Made by a program: the position numbers and the translations under genes. From Octopus bimaculoides (lineage: Eukaryota): a stretch of 64,000 nucleotides of DNA. Shown here piece after piece: positions 52,072 through 64,000 of the stretch. Location of the stretch: NCBI RefSeq assembly GCF_001194135.2, contig NC_068991.1:73166952-73230951 (forward strand), in the 5' to 3' direction. The notes under the pieces are model-generated. The model made no database searches. It was given only the letters and a program-made list of their open reading frames with translations, and had not been told where the DNA came from. The number at the start of each line of letters is the position of its first letter. The stretch's first letter is position 1.

Positions 52072-52749
52072 TTGGCAACACGAAGAGTGTTCCGTGTGCA
52101 CTTCAGGCCTGTTAGACATGATCATGCACCTACTCGAAATTCTGCAGCAGTACAATTCGGCATTTGGGGTCGTACTTCCTCGAAGAAGACAATATTATAA
52201 CGACTGTGAACTCTGATCGATATTCTGTGATGCTAGAGACTTTTCTGAAACCCAAATGGAATGGATTTGACGATAGGGACAACGTTTGGTTTCAACAAGA
52301 TGGCACGACAGCTCACACTTCTTGACTTGCAATGAGGAGTTTGAGAGGGCTGTTCCCCGGTCATTTTATCTCATTGCACGGTGATATCGGTTGGCCCGCC
52401 TGATCACCTGTTTTGTACCCATGCGATTTTTTTTCTGTGGGGATACTTGAAATCAAAGGTATACACTCATCGACCTCAATCTATTGAGCAATTAAAAGAT
52501 GCCATTTCTCAAGAAATTGTTGCACTTCCACATGAAATGACCCGTCAAATTATGGACAACTTTCGCGAACGTCTTCGACGGTGTGTGGACAGTAACGGCA
52601 CCCACTTGACTGATTTAATTTTTGAAACCAAATTAAACAAAATGTCGTTATATGAACACTTCGAAAACAAAAACACAATTTTCGTATTTTACTCTATTTT
52701 GATCTTATTAAACGTCGAAATATGTGAGGTCATTTTGTCGCACCCTGTA
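52072..52749 (+). mobile_element. DD41D (rosa/Visitor) transposon, internally deleted, right TIR present
   Basis: N-terminal ATRRVFRVHFRPVRHDHAPTRNS is fused to GIWG.YFLEED...VNSDRYSVMLETFL. WFQQDGTTAHTS*LAMRSLRGLFPGHFISLHGDIGWPA*SPVLYPCD has 41 residues between the Ds, followed by LWGYLKSKVY. Ends ...gtcgcaccctg-TA. Confidence 0.9.
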
Positions 52750-53329
52750 TGTGTCATGTAGAAATAGGCATTATTGTGCAAATCCACAATAGAAAATATG
52801 GAGTAAATAAAGATGTTATATTTAATATTTTATGCCATAAAAAGTAATAGTTACTTCTACGCTTCGCCAAGTTTCGCAAAGTGGATGGTGAGGCGAAATT
52901 CATAACTAACTATTTGTTTCTATATCAAACACTATGTAGAGAAAATATTATCACATAATCCCGAGTCCGAAATTATGATATCTAAGGATACACAATATTT
53001 TTCATCTAATTATCTAATCGTGATAAGCATTGATAAACGTACATAATCGATTTTATTATTCCTCTATGTAACGTATATCAGATATCACTGGCCATGTTAA
53101 TTTGAGTTCGATGATTCATTAAATCTAGTATACAGTAGAAGGAACGGATACGAATGAAACTGTATTGAGAGCAACTCGCATATTGTATGTCACAAATATG
53201 AGATATGAAATTCTAGGAGTTAGAAAATAACAGGAAATATTGTACTAGCATGCAATGAGCAGAACAATAATGGAGAAAAAAACAAACTAGTATTTCTGTC
53301 TGCCTTTCTCCTATCCCTGTCTCCTCTCT

Positions 53330-53460
53330 TTCTCTCTCTCTCGTTCTCTCTCTCTCTCTCTCTCTCTCGTTCTCTCTCTCTCTCTCTCTCTCTTGTTCTC
53401 TCTCTCTCTCTCTCTCTCTCGTTCTCTCTATGTCTCTCTCTCGTTATCTCTCTCTCCTAT
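53330..53460. repeat. (CT)n microsatellite with periodic gtt interruptions
   Basis: Direct reading. Confidence 0.9.
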
Positions 53461-53859
53461 CTCTTACTATAAATATGCATGAACACAGGCACGCACAAAT
53501 GCAAATATGTGTGTCTGAGTGTGCATGTATATATAGTAACGTTTATGCACACACACACACACATAAACACACACGTGCACACACGCAAGCACGCACACAC
53601 ACACATACAGGACTAGATTTGGCGATTTTCTTTTGTCGCTTGTCTTCAGCAACAGCTTGATGTACTGGTGAACAGTTGCTGGCGTAGGAGACCACAAAAA
53701 TTAACGTTGAAGTTGAAAAAACGTTAGTTGATATGGAGGGCCGGAAGCCATCTTAATATTGGAGAAAAGTGACATATATTCTGATGATTCGTATCGGGTA
53801 ACAAACTGCCGATATCATGACCCCTGCTCAATGCTCTACGCAGACTATAAAGGCTGAAA

Positions 53860-54115
53860 GACGTGATATGGACATAATGAAGACCAAGTTTCCCCCAAAC
53901 TGTGTTGGTCTTTATGTGTGTCTCCACTGAGGTTGACGTCATAACACTCCAAATCTTCGACAAAGGCCTTAGGCTCAATTCAGACGGCTGAGGACTACGT
54001 TTCAGTTGCTGGGACTACGTTTGAACCCTAGCTGGAATGGATAGCTACCGGGTGGCGATATGTGTGGCAGACGATTCTGTCTCTTGCCATACCCCAAAGA
54101 AAAAGACAGAAGTGA
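53860..54115 (+). mobile_element. maT (DD37D)-type transposase remnant
   Basis: IMKTKFP/QTVLVFMCVSTEVDVITLQIFDKGLRLNSDG*...EP*LEWIATGWRYVWQ/DSVSCHT matches the maT pattern MKTKFPA.VMV.GVVS.EG.VM....F..GL.LN..GY...YVWQQDSAPCHT. The third D is missing, so the spacing was not counted. Confidence 0.75.
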
Positions 54116-54779
54116 CAGTGTGTGTTGGGGATCGGTGTTTGTGCGTGCGTGAGTGTATGTTTGTGAGTGTATGCATGTGGGTGTATATATTTGTGTACGC
54201 TCGCGTATGCATCGTTTATTAAAAGATTGATGTATGCAGCAGCCACAAGACTTATACTTACAAATAAAGAATACAACGCATTTATGAGCAAACTAATTTG
54301 CATAATTTCAACAAGGCGAGTTAGAAGAAATATCTCAGATTGGCCAGTAGCATGTATTAGAACATCGTAGGCAAACACTGTTATATCAAACAACATCTAG
54401 TCTCTATATTTATTCAAATTATCTTAGCCCCTACAAGATAATTACCACATACCACTTTAAACCAAGTCTATATGAGGAAGGCAGATAATCGCAAGAATCA
54501 TGGATTCTCCGAAATTGACTGGGTAAGAAGAAAAAGGACAATTTTATCTATCAAAGCAGAACCACAACTGTCCAGAGTTATCTCCAATGGCCAGAAGATT
54601 TAGGGTTATACAAAAGAGATTGTTGGATCCAGAGGTAGAAAATAGAGTGATGGTTATAACGATAGATTGATAAACAGAAAAATGCATAGATAAATGGAGC
54701 AATATATAGTTTTCGATCAGTTGATAGCAGTAAGCCTTAACACAAAGAACTGGATGTTACGTGTTACTGCTGTCGTCCT

Positions 54780-54892
<113 letters not shown>

Positions 54893-56418
54893 CACACACA
54901 TATATATACATATATATACGCACGCATTATTTATCTATCTAGCTGTCTATCTATCTGTATGGACGCCCCCCCACACACACACAAACAAACTCACACACAC
55001 GCATGCACATACATAAATACGACTAGAGATGGAGAGATATGATTAAGACCAATGATATATACTATATTATAGATTTGATCCAATTCACTGGCGTTTTATC
55101 TGAAACTCTGTTACATCGTTCGACTGATTCCCTTCGGTAATTATATATATACACATATACATATATGTATATATATATGTATGTATACGTATATATATTT
55201 ATATGTATATATACATACATATACATATATATATTTAAATATATAATTATATATGTGTGTGTACAGATACACACACATGTGTATGTACATATATATATGC
55301 AAATATATACGTAAAGATGTGTATGTCTATATGCATGTGCACGTGTGTGTTTGAGCGTGTGTAGATTTATATTCGAATACGCTTCTGTGTATGATTCGTG
55401 TATTCGGATATTCTAGTTACATTACGTTTCTTTTGCGTTTAACAAAGTTTGAAAAATCGATGGTTTTTCTGCAACACACACATCAGTCAATTCCTTCCGC
55501 CGCTCTTCCACCCCCACCGCCACACAACCAAATATTCTTATTGTTTTCTAGAGAATTCGATGAGACGAGGAAGAACACTGTTGAAATATTTTCTCCAACT
55601 CATATCTTTCATTGATTTAGCTTTCCATAATTGATGAGCGAAGTAATATATATCGGTTGTTAACATTAGCGTTAGACCCTTGTCTCTACAAATAGGAATT
55701 TTGTCACCTTACAGGCCCATTCTTCCGACACCTTTAATGGAATGGTACATTTATAAACAGTTTTATGACTTGTTAACGACTAATGATTAGTTTCTTGTAA
55801 AAATAAATAAATAAAGTGTGACAGACTGAAGTAATGAAATTAGATCGGATGTGCGGTAGCCATCGGCTTCTTTCTCCTTCTGTGCTCTCAGACTAATCAG
55901 CTATCGTTGCCGACAACAATGCCACACACTTATTGATGTAGATCTTGTTAGTATTAACCAATCTTGTAAGCCGTTACTTCTTACTGCAAGCTTATATTAG
56001 AGCAAATTACTAAGAATATCAATGAAAATAGAACATTTACTTACGTTGCTGACACTAGCTTGGAATACAAGATTTCAGTCGCTATATTAAAACCGTTGTC
56101 TTATATATAAACGCATCCATACATACACACGCACAAGACAATAAGACACACACACATACACACACAAAAACACTCACACACATAAATGTATAGATACGTG
56201 GACAAATAAATGCATACATACATACATACATACATACATACATACATACATACATACGTATGTACAAGTATATAAACAATGTCGAACACACAGACAGGGT
56301 ATGTGTTCTCGTTATATATATATATATATATAAATGTATGTATCTACCTATAACGGCTGTCTACTCGTAACCGAAGAACACCACGGAGCAACTGATACAT
56401 TTTGCTGTGCGTTTTCAG

Positions 56419-56487
56419 CAAGAATATGCTTATTTTTTCCGAAGATATGAACTTCTTGGTTACTTGTTTCCTCAATCGGTGACAATG
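56419..56487 (+). other. Candidate 69-nt exon
   Basis: gctgtgcgttttcag| ... ACAATG|gtaagc; open only in phase 0 (QEYAYFFRRYELLGYLFPQSVTM), or a UTR exon ending in ATG. Confidence 0.25.
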
Positions 56488-59071
56488 GTAAGCATTGCTT
56501 TCCCAGTTGACCTCCCATACTTTCAACGATGACATGCTTTCAGCAAATACATACATACATACATATATACATACATATCTATACCTATATCCATCCATCC
56601 GGCCCGCCATCTATCTACCTATATACAATTGCGCTTATGAACGTATGTATGTATTTACGTATGTGTACGTGTGTGCGCGTGCGCATGTTTTTCTCTATCG
56701 TCTGCAATTGCTTTTTGCAGTATACAAAAGGAAAAGAACGCTACACACTATAAAAAGACGCAGTAACTACATAAAATACGCACTAATATTCATTGAATCA
56801 TCTAAAGTATCTTACTAACATGCATAATCCCATTGCACAGAAGCAGTTTTGTGAGATAATTATATGAAATCAAATCTCATGTGTATGTGTGAGTCCTACA
56901 ACATCAAATTGAGAAGAAATTGCTTTGTTGTTGTTGTTGTCGTCGTCGTCGTCGTCTTTTATGTTTCCCTTTACGGAATTGGAGTTAAGAATGAAGCAGT
57001 GTTTATTGGATACAATTTGTTGAAGATTCAGGTTTGATGCTATAAATAGTATAATCGAAACCAGCTAAATGTGGAAAATAGAATGACAAATGTTAATAGC
57101 GTTATTAAAGTTAGCAGATTTTTTTTGTTTTTATTTTAATCAAAATTAAAAATTTGTATTTGATTGATTCCCCAAATAACAAAATTAAGTTGAATATATC
57201 ATGTCAAATTTATGTTTTATATTTTATATTTTCTGTTCATTACGACAGGCTTAGTAATTATATGAAAATTAGCGATCCGGTGAGGGCTATGCTCTTGGGC
57301 AACAGAGTTTATAAAGAGTCATTGTATCCCTGCTGCTGTAGAAATATTTGCTTTGTTGATACCACGAATTCCTCTGAGAATAATCATAAACAGCGTACGA
57401 TTATTCCTAATTAGAGGATCAATATCGAATATGGCTGCAGGGTATGATTTACTTCATAGGAAGGAGAAGATTGTGACAAGGCTTTTTTAACCTGGTTTAA
57501 AGACATTTGACATCAATTACGATGCTATAATCACTGGGGAATGAATAATTGCCCTATTCAATATTTTATCAGATTTTAAAAAGGTGTTGTGGTTTTGATT
57601 TCTAGTCAAAGAAAAACTAGCATTTTAAGTGCATTAAAATACGTTTGGTGAAGGCACACGTCCTTTTGATTAGGTTTTTCACACCATGATCATATGGTTG
57701 TGGTTAAAAGTCTTTAAATAGACGGAGCAGTCAATCTTTGAGCAAAGGATTTCACGTCGCGTTGCTCAGTTTTAATCGGCAGTAATGAGTACCAGCCGGA
57801 TGATGCTGCAGCAGTCTCTCCCTTCAGGTACCATTTCATGCGAAGTCTATTTGCTCAACTGTGGAAAGCTAAGTACGTGCCTATGGATGCTCACGGCTGT
57901 CCTGTGTATGACTGAAAACGGCATTCAGTAGCGGTACACTGATTTAGGTGCTCTGGGTTTTTGAGGTATGTAAAGTCACTTTTAAGCTACTATGGTTCCT
58001 AAGCCTACTCTAACATGGAGTAGTAGCATATGTCAGAGCTTTAGCTGTGGGTTACTTAATAAATCAGTCGGATGAGTTGAACTCGTTAACCCGGGGGACA
58101 ACGTATCTAAGGGGGATAAAAAATCCTCATTCGAAACCTCTACTTACTTGCGGCCATGCATAGCCATGATAAGGGATTCGAGATTAAACTCTGAGGAAAA
58201 ATCGGGAGTTCAACTCCGTCTAGAACCTCTTCCTGGCAACTCCTGCGACGATCCTATTGTCTACTTGTAACTGTCGTGCTGCTCCTTTGAATCTAAAGGG
58301 TGCGACAGAAATACCTCCCACATTTTGAACTTTCACTTATGTGTTGCTAATAAACTTATGTAACTGCCAATGATGTTTTTATTTAGCTAATGAACAAAAC
58401 TTTAACCTTTTGTTTAAACAACAGTAAAATTAATTTTTCATAAATGCTGTTTCTTTCTCCTTTTGTCAATCTTTCAAATGTGGGATGTATATCTGCTGCA
58501 CCTGTATTATTGACGCAGAGAGTGGAGACAAACTGCATGGACAACAACCTATCCTCCTTATTATAGTGCGAACACTTGGATCTTATCGGATACTGCATAC
58601 TGGAGTGATACAACCGGGTAGAATGAAACATGTAACATACTGCATCCACGCTCGCGAGTGACGGCAGTCTATGCCGCATATATCAATACATCTTTTGGTA
58701 GAGCTAAATATTTATAGTGTGACTACAATAAATATCGTTGCTGATTGTCGATACATTGTCTTATCTTAATAAACCCTGTCATAATATTTGGGTCTTGAAT
58801 TAGAGTGACCACATAAAAATTCAAAGCACCCATCTTAATTGATAATACTGAATTAAGTTGATTTGTTGGTCAACGTTGTCTCAGAGAAACATCAAACGCT
58901 ACACAATTTCAATATAAAATAAGCTGGCAATAAGAGGATATCAATTTAACGCCAGTAATTATATAGCGTTCGCAATGAGAAATCAAATTCGATCGTAGTG
59001 AAATAGTCAACTATACCACTGTCTCTATATGTGTGTATATGTGAATATATATATATATGTATATACGTGCG

Positions 59072-59114
<43 letters not shown>

Positions 59115-59370
59115 GGGCATGTGAGCATGTATGTATGGCCGTATTTGAGCTCGGTAGGACAAACTAATAATACAGCCTGCTCTATGCAATCTATTAACTT
59201 TGTAACGCCTTTTCTTAATCGTCATTGACATTTCAAACACTATCATCTGAGGAGAAGAAAAGAGCAGAATTAAAATCATAGACAAGCTTTGAGGGTTGTT
59301 TACGTCTGAATAATATTATTGCATTTAAACGATTAATGTATGTTGATGTATACACACACACACACACATA

Positions 59371-59646
59371 TACTCTTTTACTCTTTTACTCTTTTACCTG
59401 TTTCAGTCATTTGACTGCGGCCATGCTGGAGCACCGCCTTTAGTCGAACAAATCGACCCCAGGACTTATTCTTTGTAAGCCTAGTACTTATTCTATCGGT
59501 CCCTTTTGCCGAACCGCTAAGTTACGGGGACGTAAACACACCAGCATCGGTTGTCAAGCGGTGGGGGGGGGACAAACACAGACACACAAACACACATACA
59601 TATATACATATATATATACATATATACGACGGGCTTCTTTCAGTTT
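59371..59646 (-). mobile_element. SINE family C, 3' two-thirds (runs into gap)
   Basis: (tactcttt)3 tail, gtttcagtcatttgactgcggccatgctggagcaccgcc...gacgggcttctttcagttt. Confidence 0.93.
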
Positions 59647-60325
59647 NNNNNNNNNNNNNNNNNNNNNNNNNNNNNNNNNNNNNNNNNNNNNNNNNNNNNN
59701 NNNNNNNNNNNNNNNNNNNNNNNNNNNNNNNNNNNNNNNNNNNNNNNNNNNNNNNNNNNNNNNNNNNNNNNNNNNNNNNNNNNNNNNNNNNNNNNNNNNN
59801 NNNNNNNNNNNNNNNNNNNNNNNNNNNNNNNNNNNNNNNNNNNNNNNNNNNNNNNNNNNNNNNNNNNNNNNNNNNNNNNNNNNNNNNNNNNNNNNNNNNN
59901 NNNNNNNNNNNNNNNNNNNNNNNNNNNNNNNNNNNNNNNNNNNNNNNNNNNNNNNNNNNNNNNNNNNNNNNNNNNNNNNNNNNNNNNNNNNNNNNNNNNN
60001 NNNNNNNNNNNNNNNNNNNNNNNNNNNNNNNNNNNNNNNNNNNNNNNNNNNNNNNNNNNNNNNNNNNNNNNNNNNNNNNNNNNNNNNNNNNNNNNNNNNN
60101 NNNNNNNNNNNNNATATATATATATATATATAAATAATATATATATGCATATATGCACACATATGTACATACGTACATACATACATATGTATGTATATAG
60201 GTATGCATATATATGGTACAGAACCTCAGAAAACGTAAACGACATGAAATACGAAAATAACGTTGGGTACGCAAAGAACGAGAGAAACAAATGGTAAACA
60301 AGATAAGTAACATAAAAATTCACCC

Positions 60326-60590
60326 TTCATCAGTTGTCGGCTGTCCTTCTACTCCTTATTTCGAGCTATGAATGATAAGATAAGAGATTGGAGCCAGTTG
60401 CCTCCGCGAATCATAATATAATTTGAGATTTGCGGAAGGTCAAAGCTGGCAACAAAAACAGGACATATGACAAATCAAATGAAACGGACACAAACGGGGA
60501 GGTCGTTAGGCTCAGACGAGATAAGATAGTGAACGCTGGAAGAAGATTCCTTGATAAGAGAAAAGAGAAAAGTGGAGAAAGAAAGGACTG
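60326..60590 (-). repeat. Second copy of the 3590-3880 repeat family, opposite orientation
   Basis: ttcatcagttgtcggctgtccttctactccttatttcgagc...gcgaatc...gatttgcggaaggtcaaagctggcaacaaaaacaggac. Confidence 0.6.
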
Positions 60591-61825
60591 TCATGGTTTC
60601 CTGATCCCTTGTTCTAAAAGTTCTAAGAATTCATCTGGTCAGCTGCCTGCATTTCATTGCCAATTTAGCAACATACACATGGAAGGGATGCATCATTACT
60701 CATGTAAATGGCCATGTCTCGCATCATTGTGCTTCTGGGATTGCAGTCCCTCCAGGTCCAGTGTATTTAATGGGTACTACATTTAGTTTTGCGTGCTGAT
60801 AGCACAAGGCTTGAAATTTTTCAGCATTTAAACTGCATGCTATTATTTTCGGCCCACTTGTATATTTCACCCAGCTCACTTTGCAGGTGCATAGTGTCTT
60901 CAGGGTTCTGTAATACGAGTGAGACTTTTGTATCATCTGCATAACTTGTGATCGTGGCTCTCTGTGTGGCTGAGGGCATGTCTGAGAGGGCCATTATGAA
61001 CAGTAGTGGTTCCAAAACACTGCCTTGCGGAACACTGCTCACTATTTGCGTGTCATTGAAGGTGGCCCCATTGGCTACTACCACCTGAATTCTATCCTTC
61101 AGAAAGTCATAAAGCCATTCTCTCAGTTTTCCAACTCTGCCACGATCACGCAGTTTGTGACATATCATTCCATGACCGAGATATATCATTTCCACATTTG
61201 AGTTGTTCAGAAGCTGTTTCAGCACCTAGTCATAGTGTTGTAAGAGCTGAATCAGGCAGCTTCTTCCTGGTCGGAAACCATGGGTGTCAGGCAGCAAGTC
61301 TTTTCTTCAAGGAATGCGATTCGTCTTCTTCTGACTATTCGTTCCATGACTTGGCTGATGTGCGAGGTCAGAGAGATAGGTCTGTAGTTCCTGGCCTCTG
61401 CTCTGCTACCTCCTTTATGAATAGGGCATAATTTATCCTCCTTCAGTTTTCTTTGAAGTTTGCCAGTTGCAAGGAAGCTCTGAAAGAAGGACTACAGTGG
61501 ACTTGCTAGAACTCGCTTACATACTTTTGGAAGGATTGCTGGGAATCCATCAAAGTTAGTAGCTGGGTTTGGATTCATTTCATATCTAGCCCTTATTACA
61601 TCGTCTTCCTTTATATTGATGGAATCGATTATCATTGCCTCTGTTTTTATATCTGCAGTGATAAAAAAGTTAGTTGGATTGTTGACTTGAAAGTGCCCTA
61701 AGTATGGAGTGAAAACCCTTTTGAGTTGCTCACTTAGTATTTAATTGGGTTTCCTGTGAGTGTACCGTCTTTTTCGAGGAGTGGCCCAATCCTGCAGTGC
61801 ACTGAAGCTGTTTCTTTAAGTGTTA
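60590..61825 (-). mobile_element. CR1-like LINE, reverse-transcriptase fragment, truncated at both ends
   Basis: IGPLLEKDG, CPIHKGGSRAEARNYRPISLTSHISQVMERIV, VPQGSVLEPLLF, SYADDTK, LNAEKFQ, ILRTFRTRD across stops and frameshifts. Confidence 0.92.
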
Positions 61826-62722
61826 ATATCAGTTTCGTCGGAGGAGGTAATGCAAAGTGCAGACCATTTTAAGGAGCCCCTGAGACCGGCCGAGGGAAGG
61901 AAGTCAGGTATCCGTAAGTGGGAAACCTAGGTCGAATGCTTGCAATAGGACATACTCTGCTACAGGTATTCAAGGCCCCCATACTATTGTTAAACTGAGC
62001 CACTTATTACATTTTGTACTGAAGAACAGAGAGTTGCCGTTCTGTTGGTTTTCCAGCCAGTTTCCGTCTATCAATTTTTTTTTATCATACCGCTTAGTCA
62101 ATATGTCGCTATGCTTATAGATGTTTTCCCACCGTGGCGTACGGTGAGAATGAACTCGAATTGACGTAGATGCAAAGCTTGTGTCTTAATAACACAGCCG
62201 TGTCAGCAGCCACTGAATACTAGTGGAATATAGCAAACTGAGCTGCATGCATTTAGAGGTCAAGAACCTTTTCCACTCAGCTAGTATCACTCTTGAAAGT
62301 AAAATCTATTTAACACGTAATATATCTAACAACGATGTTAACAGCTTCTACTTACGTCAATACACTTGTCAGACAGCTTCAAAGTTTCTCCATCAAACAC
62401 ATTATCAAATGGCATAACATTAACAATCGGTTTTTAAGTAATTCCCACAATATGCATCAAAATTTCATAACGATAATGTCAGAAACGAGGATATTGTGAA
62501 ACTCTTAAACATTCCCATAAAACGCTGACGAGAACAGCTTGGATTATAGCCGAAAAATATTAAAAGTGAATCGATAAATTTCTTTCCTGAAGCGGTCCTT
62601 GATATAGTAAATACGGCCATCATTATTGTCACTAGAAAGATAAAGGTATATATGTACTATTTGAGGAGGGGGCGTGGGTTTACAAAATTCTGATTATATT
62701 CATTAATAATGGTTAATGAAAA

Positions 62723-62935
62723 GGTGACGAGCTGGCAGAAACGTTAGAACGCCGGGTGAAATGCTTAGCGGTATTTCGTCTGTCTTTACGTTCTGAGTTC
62801 AAATTCCGCCGAGGTCGACTTTGCCTTTCAGCCTTTCGGGGGTCGATAAATTAAGAACTAGTTGCATACTGGGTTCGATGTAATCGACTGGCCCCCTCCA
62901 TCTAAATTTCAGGCCTTGTGCCTAGAGTAGAAAAG
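62723..62935 (+). mobile_element. SINE family A, full length, perfect 18-bp TSD
   Basis: TSD aataatggttaatgaaaa at 62705-62722 and 62936-62953. Confidence 0.96.
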
Positions 62936-62959
62936 AATAATGGTTAATGAAAATTAGTA

Positions 62960-63600
62960 AAAGGCAGCTAATTTCCACAACTGTGCACAGTTTCTCCTCT
63001 CTATGCTAAACCAATATATCAGGTCTGTTGTGCTTACATTTTATTGAGGTCATTCCACCAGTATTCCACCAGTATTCCTTTTCATTATGAGTGGCTATGG
63101 CTTCTACCATATTGTGGGGTTTTTTTCTTTGTCCTCGGGATTATCCTTCCGACAGATTTCATTATAGATTGTCCTAGCTACAACGTCATGTCTCATCGGT
63201 AGATAATACCGTGATGGTATTTTTGGACAACTGCTTATGATGTGGGTTATATCTTCAGTGTAATCTCTACAAATCCTATATCAGTTGTCACATTTTACAG
63301 CCTTTCCTGCATCTCTATCCCTTTTGTGCATCAGGTACTTGGTTGATATTTCCTGTTTCTGGATTGCAAAAACGTACCCTTCAAAGTGGGAGGTAGTAAT
63401 CTGGTTATTCATCCATGGTAAGCTGGTTATTCATCTATGGAGCTTTCTACTAACATATCCATGCATAGCATTCTGCTCATATAGGCTCATATTTTCATGT
63501 GATTATATGTTGCGGTGGTGTCGTGTGACTTCTTTGGGCATGTATTCTAAGTTACCAGACAAAGAGTGTTGCTGAAGGCGCTGCCTTCCAAGATGCTAAC
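62960..63600 (-). mobile_element. Dong/R4-clade non-LTR retrotransposon fragment (CCHC knuckle plus restriction-like endonuclease)
   Basis: Minus strand MHGYV...SHFEGYVFAIQKQEISTKYL...CDN*YRICRDYTEDITHIISSCPK...YLPMRHDVVARTIY...EYWWN...KHNRPDILV*HREEKLCTVVEISC. Confidence 0.88.
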
Positions 63601-64000
63601 AGCCTCACGTATACAAACTTGTTCAAGGGCTGCAATTCGACAATTGATGGTAAAAAGGTGTTACCGAAGGGATATGATGCGACATTGAAAGGCGTTTTGA
63701 ATCGATGTTAAGTCTCTGCCGCTTTGTTTTCGTGTTACGTATATTACATGTGATATTCAAAACAAGACCAAATTTTGAGACACTTTTAAGCGGTGTAATT
63801 TCAATGTGATTTAACTGTTGTTTCTTCCAACTACAGCGCCCGGGGGAAATGATGTGTGAAATAGATATACCATTTCACAGAATTGATTCCGGCAAATAGC
63901 GAGAAAAGTCTGGCTAGCAACAATACATTTCTTATTCTATCACACTTCAACTCCAAAAATGCATTACTAGAAAATAAAAGTCCGATGTCACAACATGTAC

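Noticed and set aside
62520-62565. CTGACGA...GCT..AGCC-GAAA hammerhead-like string
   Set aside because: Helix I cannot form and extra bases disrupt helix II.

Overview
AT-rich, repeat-saturated animal genomic DNA with 16 assembly gaps (about 4.2 kb of N), most flanked by (TA)n/(CA)n/(TG)n microsatellites. The SINE families and microsatellite style look like Octopus (my inference from remembered repeat sequences, not a database result). No intact protein-coding gene, rRNA, tRNA or CRISPR array can be supported, and nearly all ORF-track entries are microsatellite or N artefacts. Recognisable content is decayed mobile DNA: a Gypsy (Mag/K02A2.6-like) gag-protease fragment; four DD34D-type mariner remnants, two DD41D (rosa/Visitor)-type and one maT (DD37D)-type transposase remnants; a pogo/Tigger-like MITE; CR1-like, RTE (including a two-finger C2H2 tail) and Dong/R4 (CCHC plus restriction-like endonuclease) LINE fragments; and about 20 copies of three tRNA-type SINE families. 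The most interesting signal is a set of minimal type I hammerhead-ribozyme motifs of the kind known from Penelope-like retroelements, in several unrelated sequence contexts. Two of them sit back-to-back in a roughly 150-bp, 97% identical inverted repeat at 26280-26644, and the + strand copy has a complete core. Other points worth checking: a SINE flanked by a 74-bp target-site-like duplication, a pre-miRNA-like hairpin, and a few weak + strand exon candidates, one of which could encode a signal peptide.
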